Positions 1-7,591 of a stretch of DNA of 36,490 nucleotides are shown piece after piece. This stretch comes from a virus. Lineage: Duplodnaviria > Caudoviricetes. Positions within the stretch are counted from its first letter, which is position 1. Every line of letters starts with the position of its first letter. The notes beneath the pieces are model-generated. The model ran no database searches, was not told where the DNA came from, and saw only the letters and a list, made by a program, of their open reading frames with translations. The DNA lies in IMG/VR virus record IMGVR_UViG_3300025357_000003, positions 1 through 36,490 of that record; one strand, written 5' to 3'. A program made the position numbers and the translations under genes.

Positions 1-127
1 CCCTTTCCGTCAGGAACCCAAGTTTGCGCGAGGCGAGCGCCCCGCGAAGCGGGCGCCGCACGTTGCGTGGCACAAACGATAGGAGGGGTTAAGGAGGGGG
101 GGGTATATAGGGGATTATATATACCGG
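1..127. repeat. Terminal direct repeat, copy 1 (assembly circularisation overlap)
   Basis: 1-127 is identical to 36364-36490; 127 nt is a common assembler k-mer; an ORF reads through the junction. Confidence 0.95.
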
Positions 128-353
128 GGGGGGAACCATCAGGGGAGGGAAGGTCCACGATGTCCACTGAGTTCTTCGTGGACACTGTGGACAATCTCTG
201 TTTTTGTTTCACTTCTCGCCACTTCGCACGTTGGGTTTCGCGCTTGGCTTGCTCGTTTTCATAATGACCATCGCAGACGCGTTTGATCTGCTCGGTGTCG
301 CAACCTGCCTCAATCATGAGTTTAATTGTTTGCGCTAAGTCTAAACTCTTCAT
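1..353 (-). CDS. Replication initiator protein, 5' part (continues across the junction to 36096; 206 aa total)
   Basis: ATG at 353 with AGGAG RBS; MKSLDLAQTIKLMIEAG...RGARLAQTWVPDGK reads in frame into the 36096-36356 ORF. The RGxRL..W and FRDYW..K.DWQATWRNW motifs are typical of phage replication-initiator (DnaT-like) C-termini. Confidence 0.75.
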   Translation of the reverse strand, partial: MKSLDLAQTIKLMIEAGCDTEQIKRVCDGHYENEQAKRETQRAKWREVKQKQRLSTVSTKNSVDIVDLPSPDGSPPGIYNPLYTPPSLTPPIVCATQRAAPASRGARLAQTWVPDGK

Positions 354-375
354 TGCGTAACTCCTATTAGTGGGG

Positions 376-404
376 TTGCGCGTCCAGAAGAGTCCCTGTA
401 TATA
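376..404 (+). promoter_or_regulatory. Sigma70-like promoter for a counter-transcribed small RNA
   Basis: TTGCGC (376-381), 17-nt spacer, TATATA (399-404); the -10 lies inside the inverted repeat TCCCT-GTATAT-AGGGA (393-408). Confidence 0.55.
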
Positions 405-409
405 GGGAT

Positions 410-489
410 GGTTCCTCCCAGAACGCGCGCACCTGCCCGTGAGCGATTTTGAAGCCCTGCCGATCCCCATCTGGCGGGGCTTCTTTTTT
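410..489 (+). ncRNA. Putative ~80-nt sRNA antisense to the replication operon
   Basis: Lies between the promoter and a + strand terminator; three hairpins with C-rich loops (CTCCCA, CTGCCC, GATCCCCATCT). Confidence 0.55.
451..489 (+). terminator. Rho-independent terminator, oriented opposite to the flanking genes
   Basis: GAAGCCCTGCC/GGCGGGGCTTC 11-bp stem (one G-U pair) followed by TTTTTT on the + strand only. Confidence 0.75.
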
Positions 490-1018
490 ACTTTACCCTA
501 CTCGCCGGATAGGGCAACCCTTTCAGCTCCGCATAACGCTTCAAGCCATGCAGGACCGTCGTGTGATCCACGTTCGACCGGCGGCCTATCTCCGCAATGC
601 TCAGGTGAGGGCATTCGTGCGCCGCTCGCCATAAAAGCAAACGCCTCGCCAACATGACGTGCCTCATACGCCGATGGCCCAATATCTCTTTTGACGAGAC
701 CCCTGTTTCCCGTGAAACATCCCTGAGCACGTCCGCAAACTTGCGGCACACCGGAGACGGTTCTTCCACAACCCTGGGCGCGTCGGGATCGTTCTCGATC
801 ACCACGAAGTCGCGTTTGGTGAACAACAGTGTCCGCACGAACGGCTTTTCGTTCACATACAAGACAAAATCAGGTTTTTGTTCAGGTTCTGGCTCCACAA
901 CGGGCTCTGGTTCAGGTCGTGGAGGGATCGCCATAATCCGCTTGGGAGGCTCCCCCCTTAATCTTTTTCTTACCTGTGCATAATGTGTGGATAACTCGCG
1001 CTCGTAATCACTCAACAT
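488..1018 (-). CDS. DnaA C-terminal (domain IV) HTH protein
   Basis: ...ILGHRRMRHVMLARR...LSIAEIGRRSNVDHTTVLHG matches the DnaA domain IV signature; start MLSDY overlaps the end of the upstream gene. Confidence 0.8.
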   Translation of the reverse strand: MLSDYERELSTHYAQVRKRLRGEPPKRIMAIPPRPEPEPVVEPEPEQKPDFVLYVNEKPFVRTLLFTKRDFVVIENDPDAPRVVEEPSPVCRKFADVLRDVSRETGVSSKEILGHRRMRHVMLARRLLLWRAAHECPHLSIAEIGRRSNVDHTTVLHGLKRYAELKGLPYPASRVK

Positions 1019-1190
1019 GTTGTTCTTCCTCATCTTTTTCTTCTGGCTGCGGCAGGTTGACGCATGTGTCCAAACCCTTCGCAATTAGCCATCTTACAGC
1101 TTCCGTTTCGGTTTTGAAGCGTTCTTTGAACCGGAAGTCGTCGATGGCCTGCGCCATTTCATCGCTGATTTGATAAACACGTCTCTTCAT
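1008..1190 (-). CDS. Ribbon-helix-helix (Arc/CopG-like) regulator
   Basis: 60 aa, MKRRVYQISDEMAQAIDDFRFKERFKTETEAVRWLIAKGL; RHH pattern; AAGGGGAC upstream of the ATG. Confidence 0.7.
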   Translation of the reverse strand: MKRRVYQISDEMAQAIDDFRFKERFKTETEAVRWLIAKGLDTCVNLPQPEEKDEEEQHVE

Positions 1191-1304
1191 GCTGGTCCCC
1201 TTCTGAATTGACAATAATTTGTTAAACCATAACGCAAAGGTATTGACAAGGGGGGTGATTTTGCAGTTATGTTGACCCGTCGCATCCGACACAAGGGGAC
1301 AATC
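1191..1304. promoter_or_regulatory. Divergent promoter region
   Basis: AT-rich gap between divergent operons; TTGACA at 1208-1213 and 1243-1248; the -10 boxes are not clearly canonical. Confidence 0.55.
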
Positions 1305-2198
1305 ATGGATGGGTTTACAAAAGAGGAAAGGGCTTCAGCCTGGTGGGCAACGGACAGCCGCAGAGCGGTTTCTGGGCATCTCTACGATGTGCTGCGTGAG
1401 AAGCGTGGCGAGATCGAGCGCCCTGATTTATCTGGCATTGAAGCGGTTCGCATGGGGCTTATCATGCAGCCTGCTATCGCCGACATTTTTACCGAAATGA
1501 CCGGCCTCACCACAAGCCCGCTTGATGGGTTTGGTGTTTGTCCCGGCCAGCCTTGGCTCCGTGCGCACTTTGACTTTGTGGTCGAAGATGGCGGCCTTCT
1601 GGAAGTGAAGAATTTCAACGCGGCGGTCGCCAATAAGTATTCTGAGATGGACGAAGAAATCCGCATCCCAGAAGCCGACTACGTTCAGTGTTTGCACGAA
1701 GCCGTTGTCCGCGATGTGAACCACGTCTACTTCGCGGTGCTATTCGGCGGCCAGCAGTTCCGCTATTGGAAGCTGGAGTTCACGCCCGCTGAGAAGGAAG
1801 CCTTCATACAGCGCGCAGCGCAATGGTGGGGCTATGTAAACTCTGGCCTGCTACCAGAGCCTACGAACACCGAAGAGGCCGCCATACGCTATCCCAGGTC
1901 GATGGAGGGCTATGTCACGGCAAATGCGCAGATGGAACGTCTCGCGGATGAGTTGAAGCTGTTCAAGATGCAGTCGAAGCAGCTTGATGAGGCCATCGAA
2001 GCGCGTCAGTTCGCCATTCAATCATTCATGGGCGAGAGCGGCACCTTGATGAACATGGCTGGCGAGACGCTGGTCACATGGAAGTCCGCGAAGGGCTCGA
2101 AGCGGTTTGATGCGAAAGCGTTCAAAGAGAACCATCCCGGTCTTTACGCTGAATATGAAAAAGAAACAGCCGGTTCGCGCCGGTTTCTTGTGAAGTGA
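1305..2198 (+). CDS. YqaJ-like (lambda-exonuclease family) recombination nuclease
   Basis: AVRMGLIMQPAIA, WLRAHFDF, LLEVKN, YVQCLH and YFAVLFGGQ motifs; adjacent to an annealase. Confidence 0.85.
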   Translation: MDGFTKEERASAWWATDSRRAVSGHLYDVLREKRGEIERPDLSGIEAVRMGLIMQPAIADIFTEMTGLTTSPLDGFGVCPGQPWLRAHFDFVVEDGGLLEVKNFNAAVANKYSEMDEEIRIPEADYVQCLHEAVVRDVNHVYFAVLFGGQQFRYWKLEFTPAEKEAFIQRAAQWWGYVNSGLLPEPTNTEEAAIRYPRSMEGYVTANAQMERLADELKLFKMQSKQLDEAIEARQFAIQSFMGESGTLMNMAGETLVTWKSAKGSKRFDAKAFKENHPGLYAEYEKETAGSRRFLVK

Positions 2199-2205
2199 GG
2201 TTCAA

Positions 2206-2970
2206 ATGAGCAATGCAATCGTTCCGTGGACAGATCAGGAGCGCATGGCGAATGCTATCGCGAAGAGCAATCTATTCGGTCTCAAGAGCGCTGATCAGGT
2301 TCTTGCGCTCATGGCCGTCGCGCAGGCAGAAGGACGCCACCCAGGGTCCGTTGCGCGTGACTACCATATCATTCAGGGCCGACCAGCCCTTCGTGCGGAC
2401 GCAATGCTCGCACGCTTCCAACAAGCCGGAGGAACGGTCCACTGGCTGAAATATGCGGATGACGAGGTGAAAGCCGAGTTCTCCCATCCCCAAGGCGGTT
2501 CTCTCACGTTGTCTTGGACACTAAAGCAGGCCCGCGAAATCGGTCTTGCTGGAAAAGACAACTGGAAGAACTACCCGCGTGCCATGTTGCGTGCCCGTGT
2601 GATCTCCGAGGGAATTCGTACTGTGTACCCTGGAGTTCTCACGGGAGAGTACACCCCTGAGGAAGTGATGGACTTCACGCCCGCGCAGACCATGCCAAAG
2701 ATCGAAGTGATCGAACACGAAGAGGTCGTCGATGGTTTGGCGTTGTTCGTGCCTGACGTGGACGGCACTTTGAAGCAGTACAAAATGTGCGCTGGCGAAG
2801 AGGACTGGAAAGACACATTTCTCGATCTCTTCTCGAAAGTCGGCAATTCCAAGAAGCTTTCTGACGAAGCAAAACAGGAAAAGCTGAAGGGATTGAAGGA
2901 AGCGAACGACGAGCTGTTTAAAAGGCTAATTCTGAATGATGCCGAGGAAGGTGAACATGTCGAACTTTAA
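2206..2970 (+). CDS. RecT/Redbeta-like single-strand annealing protein
   Basis: HIIQGRPALRADAMLA and NWKNYPRAMLRAR motifs; follows the exonuclease. Confidence 0.75.
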   Translation: MSNAIVPWTDQERMANAIAKSNLFGLKSADQVLALMAVAQAEGRHPGSVARDYHIIQGRPALRADAMLARFQQAGGTVHWLKYADDEVKAEFSHPQGGSLTLSWTLKQAREIGLAGKDNWKNYPRAMLRARVISEGIRTVYPGVLTGEYTPEEVMDFTPAQTMPKIEVIEHEEVVDGLALFVPDVDGTLKQYKMCAGEEDWKDTFLDLFSKVGNSKKLSDEAKQEKLKGLKEANDELFKRLILNDAEEGEHVEL

Positions 2971-3211
2971 GAAAGATGGAAAAGGCGTTCTCTTTGTGAA
3001 CGACAAAACCAAAGAGAGCCAGCCCGACTACAAGGGGAATGTCGTTCTTGATCGCGACTACTCGAAAGGCTCTGAAATCAAGATTTCGGGCTGGAAAAAG
3101 AGGACGCCGAAAAACCATCTGATCTCGCTTTCCATAGACAACTACAAAGCGCAAGATCAGGACCGACAGTGGCCGAAACCGGTCCATGAAGACGAAGATG
3201 TGCCCTTTTGA
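2957..3211 (+). CDS. Small SSB-like protein
   Basis: GVLFVNDK..QPDYKG core and an acidic C-terminal tail EDEDVPF like SSB tails. Confidence 0.6.
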   Translation: MSNFKKDGKGVLFVNDKTKESQPDYKGNVVLDRDYSKGSEIKISGWKKRTPKNHLISLSIDNYKAQDQDRQWPKPVHEDEDVPF

Positions 3212-3666
3212 GTACGATTGTGTTCGTCATTCCAGGAGTAGCACGGGGGAAGCAACGCCCCCGCGCAACACGCACTGGACGCGTGTACACGCCCGCGCAG
3301 ACCGTCAACCAAGAGGCGTATATCAAGATGCTGGCGGCAACCGCCATGCGTGGCCTTGCACCGCTTATAGGCCCATTAGAAGCTACATTTAGCATAAGCG
3401 TGGCAATACCTAAAAGTTTTACCCGACAACAACGAAAACAAATCGAAGATGGAACGCTTTTTCCTACATCAAAGCCGGACATCGACAACGTGGTGAAACT
3501 TCTGTGCGATGCGATGAATGGCGTTGTGTATGGGGACGACAAACAGATTGTCGATCTTTATGTGAGCAAGGCGTATGCGGACGCGGGTTCAACAACGGTG
3601 ATGGTATCAATGAAGGGGACGAATGATGGACACGATAGACCCGAAGGTCGCAGGCAAGTGGACTGA
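3208..3666 (+). CDS. rusA: RusA-family Holliday junction resolvase
   Basis: GKQRPR, KPDIDNVVKLLCDAMNGVVYGDDKQIV. Confidence 0.9.
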   Translation: MSTIVFVIPGVARGKQRPRATRTGRVYTPAQTVNQEAYIKMLAATAMRGLAPLIGPLEATFSISVAIPKSFTRQQRKQIEDGTLFPTSKPDIDNVVKLLCDAMNGVVYGDDKQIVDLYVSKAYADAGSTTVMVSMKGTNDGHDRPEGRRQVD

Positions 3667-3874
3667 AGACCGCATGGAAGACGTGATGATAGAGCTGGGC
3701 TCAGAAAAGGCGAAGGTGAAGAGCTGGTCTCGTCATTACGATGATCTACACAAGAAGTATGAGACGCTGTGTGACGCGCTTTACAAGATTGTTGGGCTTG
3801 ATGAGTACGAGCGTGAAACGTGCGTGTGGATTGCAAAAGACGCGTTGAAAGATGCTGGGGAGTGGCCACGATGA
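3626..3874 (+). CDS. Hypothetical protein
   Basis: GGGGAC upstream; ATGA coupling to the next gene; start could also be 3623. Confidence 0.6.
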   Translation: MDTIDPKVAGKWTEDRMEDVMIELGSEKAKVKSWSRHYDDLHKKYETLCDALYKIVGLDEYERETCVWIAKDALKDAGEWPR

Positions 3875-4206
3875 TCGACATCAACAAAAAGTACCGCACC
3901 CGTGATGGCCGCGAAGTCCGCATCTATGCAACGGATGGGGCTCAGTGTGGCACCTGCGTTCACGGAGCAGTTTTCAATAATGAATGGTGGGGTTCAGTTA
4001 CTTGGAACTCAAATGGAAGCGCGCATTCTTGGAGAGAAGATGATTTGGACCTCATCGAAGTTCGCCCCCGCCACAAGCGGACGGTGTGGCTTCATGTATT
4101 TAAACACACTATTGTTGCCGCAGAAGAACCTCCACTCGCCGCCATTGCTGGCAGCCTCGCCTGCATCAAAGTCGAGTTAGACTTTGAGGAAGGAGAAGGG
4201 CTATGA
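3871..4206 (+). CDS. Hypothetical phage protein
   Basis: MIDINKKYRTRDGREVRIYATDG is a recurrent phage protein start; coupled to neighbours on both sides. Confidence 0.7.
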   Translation: MIDINKKYRTRDGREVRIYATDGAQCGTCVHGAVFNNEWWGSVTWNSNGSAHSWREDDLDLIEVRPRHKRTVWLHVFKHTIVAAEEPPLAAIAGSLACIKVELDFEEGEGL

Positions 4207-4475
4207 GCGATGATCTTGTAAAGCGTTTTCGAGAACGCAATGTCATGGATTATGCCGATTTTGATGCAGTTGTAGACCGCATCGAGAAGCTGGAGGCAAA
4301 CATAAAACTACAGCTTGAATGGTATCTCTCAAACAAAAGAGTGCTTGCTGACCGCATTGAAAAGCTGGACGCGGCGCTGCGGGCGATCATCGTGCATTGT
4401 GAGGTGCCAGCCCCACCAAATGCAGAAGCATTAATAATGTTTGCCCAAAAAGCACTGGAGGGGAAAGATGAGTGA
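4203..4475 (+). CDS. Hypothetical coiled-coil protein
   Basis: MSDDLVKR, duplicated DRIEKL; ATGA overlap with the upstream gene. Confidence 0.7.
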   Translation: MSDDLVKRFRERNVMDYADFDAVVDRIEKLEANIKLQLEWYLSNKRVLADRIEKLDAALRAIIVHCEVPAPPNAEALIMFAQKALEGKDE

Positions 4476-4548
4476 GTACGAGGTCACAGCATTCTGGGCT
4501 GTGATCTTTATATTGATGACAACGCTAATCTGGGGACTGACAAAATGA
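4468..4548 (+). CDS. 26-aa single-TM peptide
   Basis: MSEYEVTAFWAVIFILMTTLIWGLTK; GGAGGGG RBS; overlaps both neighbours and fills the gap. Confidence 0.6.
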   Translation: MSEYEVTAFWAVIFILMTTLIWGLTK

Positions 4549-4895
4549 ACCACACAGAAGTGCTTACCAACGCCATCAACATTCTGCGCGACAGAGACGC
4601 CAAATACGGGCCTGTCCAAGAAATGTTTGAGCGCACATCAAAGCTGGCGTCGATCATTCTGGATCGGGAAGTGACGCCATATGAGATTACCGTCATCATG
4701 AAGTGCTTGAAGGACGCCCGTAAGAAATACGACCCAATGAACGTCGATCACTACGCCGACAACATCAACTACGAAGCGTTCTCGTATCAGTTCGCCACCG
4801 CTGGAGCAGATGAAGCCGCCGAAGACGCTGTAACCGCTGAACTTGCCAAGAAATTGGCTCCCATGATGTCCAACAACGGAGATTACAATGTCTGA
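4545..4895 (+). CDS. DUF6378-like protein
   Basis: A..I...RDAKYG...F...S......M...K.AR......DHY.D..NY pattern. Confidence 0.65.
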   Translation: MNHTEVLTNAINILRDRDAKYGPVQEMFERTSKLASIILDREVTPYEITVIMKCLKDARKKYDPMNVDHYADNINYEAFSYQFATAGADEAAEDAVTAELAKKLAPMMSNNGDYNV

Positions 4896-5664
4896 GAGAC
4901 GCAAGGTATTTGTAGCCACACCTATGTACGGTGGCATGTGCACGGGCTTCTACACGCAGAGCATTTTACAGTTGCAAAATGTATTTATGCAGAACGGTGT
5001 GGAGTCGGCCCTGTCTTTCGTGTTCAACGAGAGCCTGATCCAACGCGCTCGCAACAGCCTCGCCCATGCGTTTCTAAAGACCGACAGCACGCATCTTCTG
5101 TTTATAGATGCAGACCTGAGGTTTGACGCCAATGGCGTTTACAGGATGCTAAAGGCCGACAAGGACGTGATCTGCGGCATATACCCAAAGAAGGAAATCA
5201 ATTGGCCGATGGTGAAGATTGCCATTGACCAGGGCGTACCAGTCGAAGAGCTGAAGTGGCACACGGGCTCGTGGGTCATCAATCTGGCGGGTTACGAGGG
5301 CTCTGCAACCGTCAATGTCAACGAACCGTTTGAGATATGGGCAGGCGGCACCGGCATGATGCTGATCAAGCGCGAGGTCTTTGAGAAGCTGAAGGAATGG
5401 ACGCCGATCTACACCAACGACATGACCGACCTGGCGGGCACGATTGGTGAGAAGGATCAGATTTACAATTTCTTCTCACTCAGCATTGAACCCGGCACCA
5501 ACCGTCTTCTGTCTGAGGACTACCACTTCTGCCGTGAGTGGAGATTGACCGGCGGCAAGATATGGGCAGCACCCTGGCTCACGCCGGGCCACGTTGGCAC
5601 TTACCTGTTCGAAGGTCAGTTACCGATAGACCAAGAAAGCCGCGTCGAAGAGGGGCCGCAATAG
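4888..5664 (+). CDS. GT-A-fold glycosyltransferase-like protein
   Basis: VFVATPMYGG, ESLIQRARN, HLLFIDAD (DxD), GTGMMLIKREVF, LSEDYHFC, HVG. Confidence 0.75.
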   Translation: MSERRKVFVATPMYGGMCTGFYTQSILQLQNVFMQNGVESALSFVFNESLIQRARNSLAHAFLKTDSTHLLFIDADLRFDANGVYRMLKADKDVICGIYPKKEINWPMVKIAIDQGVPVEELKWHTGSWVINLAGYEGSATVNVNEPFEIWAGGTGMMLIKREVFEKLKEWTPIYTNDMTDLAGTIGEKDQIYNFFSLSIEPGTNRLLSEDYHFCREWRLTGGKIWAAPWLTPGHVGTYLFEGQLPIDQESRVEEGPQ

Positions 5665-5840
5665 CCGTCTCTGCGTGCATTGTTCACCTTGATCTCTGTG
5701 ATAGTTTGGGGGGTGTCCTTGGAAGACCAAGAGACATCCTTCCAAACCTCACAAGCCGTTCCGTTAGTCGCGCTTGTGCCCGTCAGACTTGAGCAGGCCA
5801 TCAGGGGTGACATCAACAGCATCGCCAGCACGAACCGCAT
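5616..5840 (-). CDS. o-spanin-like lipoprotein (Rz1-like)
   Basis: MRFVLAMLLMSPLMA-C lipobox; starts inside the i-spanin candidate in another frame. Confidence 0.65.
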   Translation of the reverse strand: MRFVLAMLLMSPLMACSSLTGTSATNGTACEVWKDVSWSSKDTPQTITEIKVNNARRDGYCGPSSTRLSWSIGN

Positions 5841-5994
5841 TTTCAACTCTCCTAAGAGCGTCCTTGGTAGCCGCAGCCTCAACTTCCGCAATGGCGTCGG
5901 CCCTGATCTTGAAGTACACGCCGCCGAGAACGACGACAACGGCCACCGCCATAGCAAGATAGCGGCCCACAGGCGTGAAGAGCAGACTAAACAC
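5764..5994 (-). CDS. i-spanin-like protein (Rz-like)
   Basis: GTG start with GGAGGAG RBS; N-terminal TM followed by a helical region; directly after the endolysin. Confidence 0.65.
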   Translation of the reverse strand: MFSLLFTPVGRYLAMAVAVVVVLGGVYFKIRADAIAEVEAAATKDALRRVENAVRAGDAVDVTPDGLLKSDGHKRD

Positions 5995-6745
5995 CGTGCT
6001 CCTCCATATGCTGCTTGCGGAAGAACCAAATCGCAATTCCCAGCCCGATGATGGCGGACATGATAAGGAAATTGGGGTTGCTGAATAGGCCAATAAGCTG
6101 ATCCGCCGTGTCAGACGCGTCTTGAGCCTGCGCAGCGACCTGTTTTGCAACACCCAAGCCTCCGAGGCCAGCCGTAACCAACGCCGCGTTACCCTGTTTG
6201 CTATCCGCCATTGTTCGTACAGGTACAGGATCGGGATTGGCGCGGTGTTCATGTTCATCAGCCGTAGGCTCCTCTTTGACGGTAGAGGCCGCTGTAGCCT
6301 CTCCAGAGACCCACCAGGCGCTTTCTGCCTGACGACGGCGTACAAGGCCGGGGAGCACTTTACCGCCGCCCTTGGTCCATTTCATCAGCTCTGCGGGCAC
6401 TTCATCAAACTTCGCAGCGTTCACCTTCTTCAGGAGCGTCGATGACTCAAGATTGCGGTCCCCTGCGTTGTAAACGAAGTCAACAAGCACGTCGAACTGA
6501 TGCTGGTTCAGGGGCTGGTGAACCATGTTGTGAACGGCAGTCTCGAACTTCACAAGATCACGAGAAAGAATGTCGTCGGCCTGCTGCTGAGTGATCGTCA
6601 TCCCGTCCTTGACAGGGGGAGCGCCGGCAGACGTTGTGTGGCCGTATCCGATGGTGCAGACGTTGGCCGGGCAACGATAGGCCGTCAGCTTGCAGCCTTC
6701 GAACTTCTTGAGAAGGGCGTTCATACCCTCTGGGCTCATTTGCAC
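5987..6745 (-). CDS. GH24 lysozyme endolysin with C-terminal hydrophobic segments
   Basis: FEG..LTAY.CPA.V.TIGYGHT, QFDVLVDFVYN.G, STLLKK, LPGLVRRRQAE; AGGAG RBS before GTG 6745. Confidence 0.9.
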   Translation of the reverse strand: MQMSPEGMNALLKKFEGCKLTAYRCPANVCTIGYGHTTSAGAPPVKDGMTITQQQADDILSRDLVKFETAVHNMVHQPLNQHQFDVLVDFVYNAGDRNLESSTLLKKVNAAKFDEVPAELMKWTKGGGKVLPGLVRRRQAESAWWVSGEATAASTVKEEPTADEHEHRANPDPVPVRTMADSKQGNAALVTAGLGGLGVAKQVAAQAQDASDTADQLIGLFSNPNFLIMSAIIGLGIAIWFFRKQHMEEHGV

Positions 6746-6755
6746 GGGCGTACTC

Positions 6756-7217
6756 CTAGTGGATGAGGGAAATGACAGCCAAGAGGCCGCAGATGAGGAC
6801 GACAACAAACAGCAAGAAAGCAGAGCCCCAAACCATAGCATCGTGCATAAGTTGCTCCTGTTGTTTCTGGGCTTCCAAAGCAGCAGCTTTCTGATCCTTT
6901 TTAATCTGGGTCGTAGCAGCAACCACCTGGTCCCAAGCCGCCAATCCGAATTCGCCAACGAAGTGGTTCTTCAGGTCCGCCATCATGGCGTCGGCTTCAG
7001 CCTTGGCCGCGTAGGCTTCCATCGCTACCTGTTGAGCGGACTTTCCTGCGGCGAAATTTCCCTTGGGCTCTGCGGCGGCGCGAGTAATCGCAGCAACGCT
7101 ATCAAACAGAGAGCCAAGGTCGCCCGCCATGCCCTGAAGTTCTTTACCAACGGCAATACCGGCCTTGATGGCCTCGTAACTACCCTTGGCAAGAGCAAGT
7201 ATTGTAAGCGGGTCCAT
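6756..7217 (-). CDS. Membrane-anchored hypothetical protein (lysis-adjacent)
   Basis: MDPLTILALAK...; C-terminal TM segment. Confidence 0.75.
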   Translation of the reverse strand: MDPLTILALAKGSYEAIKAGIAVGKELQGMAGDLGSLFDSVAAITRAAAEPKGNFAAGKSAQQVAMEAYAAKAEADAMMADLKNHFVGEFGLAAWDQVVAATTQIKKDQKAAALEAQKQQEQLMHDAMVWGSAFLLFVVVLICGLLAVISLIH

Positions 7218-7445
7218 TTACCGACATCCCCAACGCCTTCTCGCGGCTTTACCGCGCTCACCCTTCCACTTTTTTGACCGAGCGCAGAAGCTTTTGTGAC
7301 GCGGGTTCTTCGGGTCTTTGGTAGGGGCTTTCAGCTTCGATCCGGTCGCCTTGTTGTACTTGCGCCGACCCTTCTCGGTGAGGCCGCCCCCAGCCTTCAC
7401 CGATTGCTTCTCTCCCCGTCCAACACTGAGGGACGGTCCAGACAT
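7218..7445 (-). CDS. Small basic protein (DUF6321-like)
   Basis: GGLTEKGRRKYN...LKAP...RHKSFCAR...RRRW.C; very K/R-rich. Confidence 0.7.
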   Translation of the reverse strand: MSGPSLSVGRGEKQSVKAGGGLTEKGRRKYNKATGSKLKAPTKDPKNPRHKSFCARSKKWKGERGKAARRRWGCR

Positions 7446-7591
7446 TATCGCCTCGCTGTTCTCTTGGACTTCTTGAAGGACTCCGCCGTCGGAGCCCCCT
7501 TGCTGCCGGGCTTGCGCATACGCTCACCGCTGCCTGCCTTGATCCGGCGTCGCTTGGCATTGATATTTGCGTACAAGCCTCTCTTTGCCAT
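7445..7591 (-). CDS. 48-aa basic protein
   Basis: MAKRGLYANINAKRRRIKAGSGERMRKPGSKGAPTAESFKKSKRTARR; TAATG-coupled on both sides; absent from the ORF track. Confidence 0.75.
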   Translation of the reverse strand: MAKRGLYANINAKRRRIKAGSGERMRKPGSKGAPTAESFKKSKRTARR

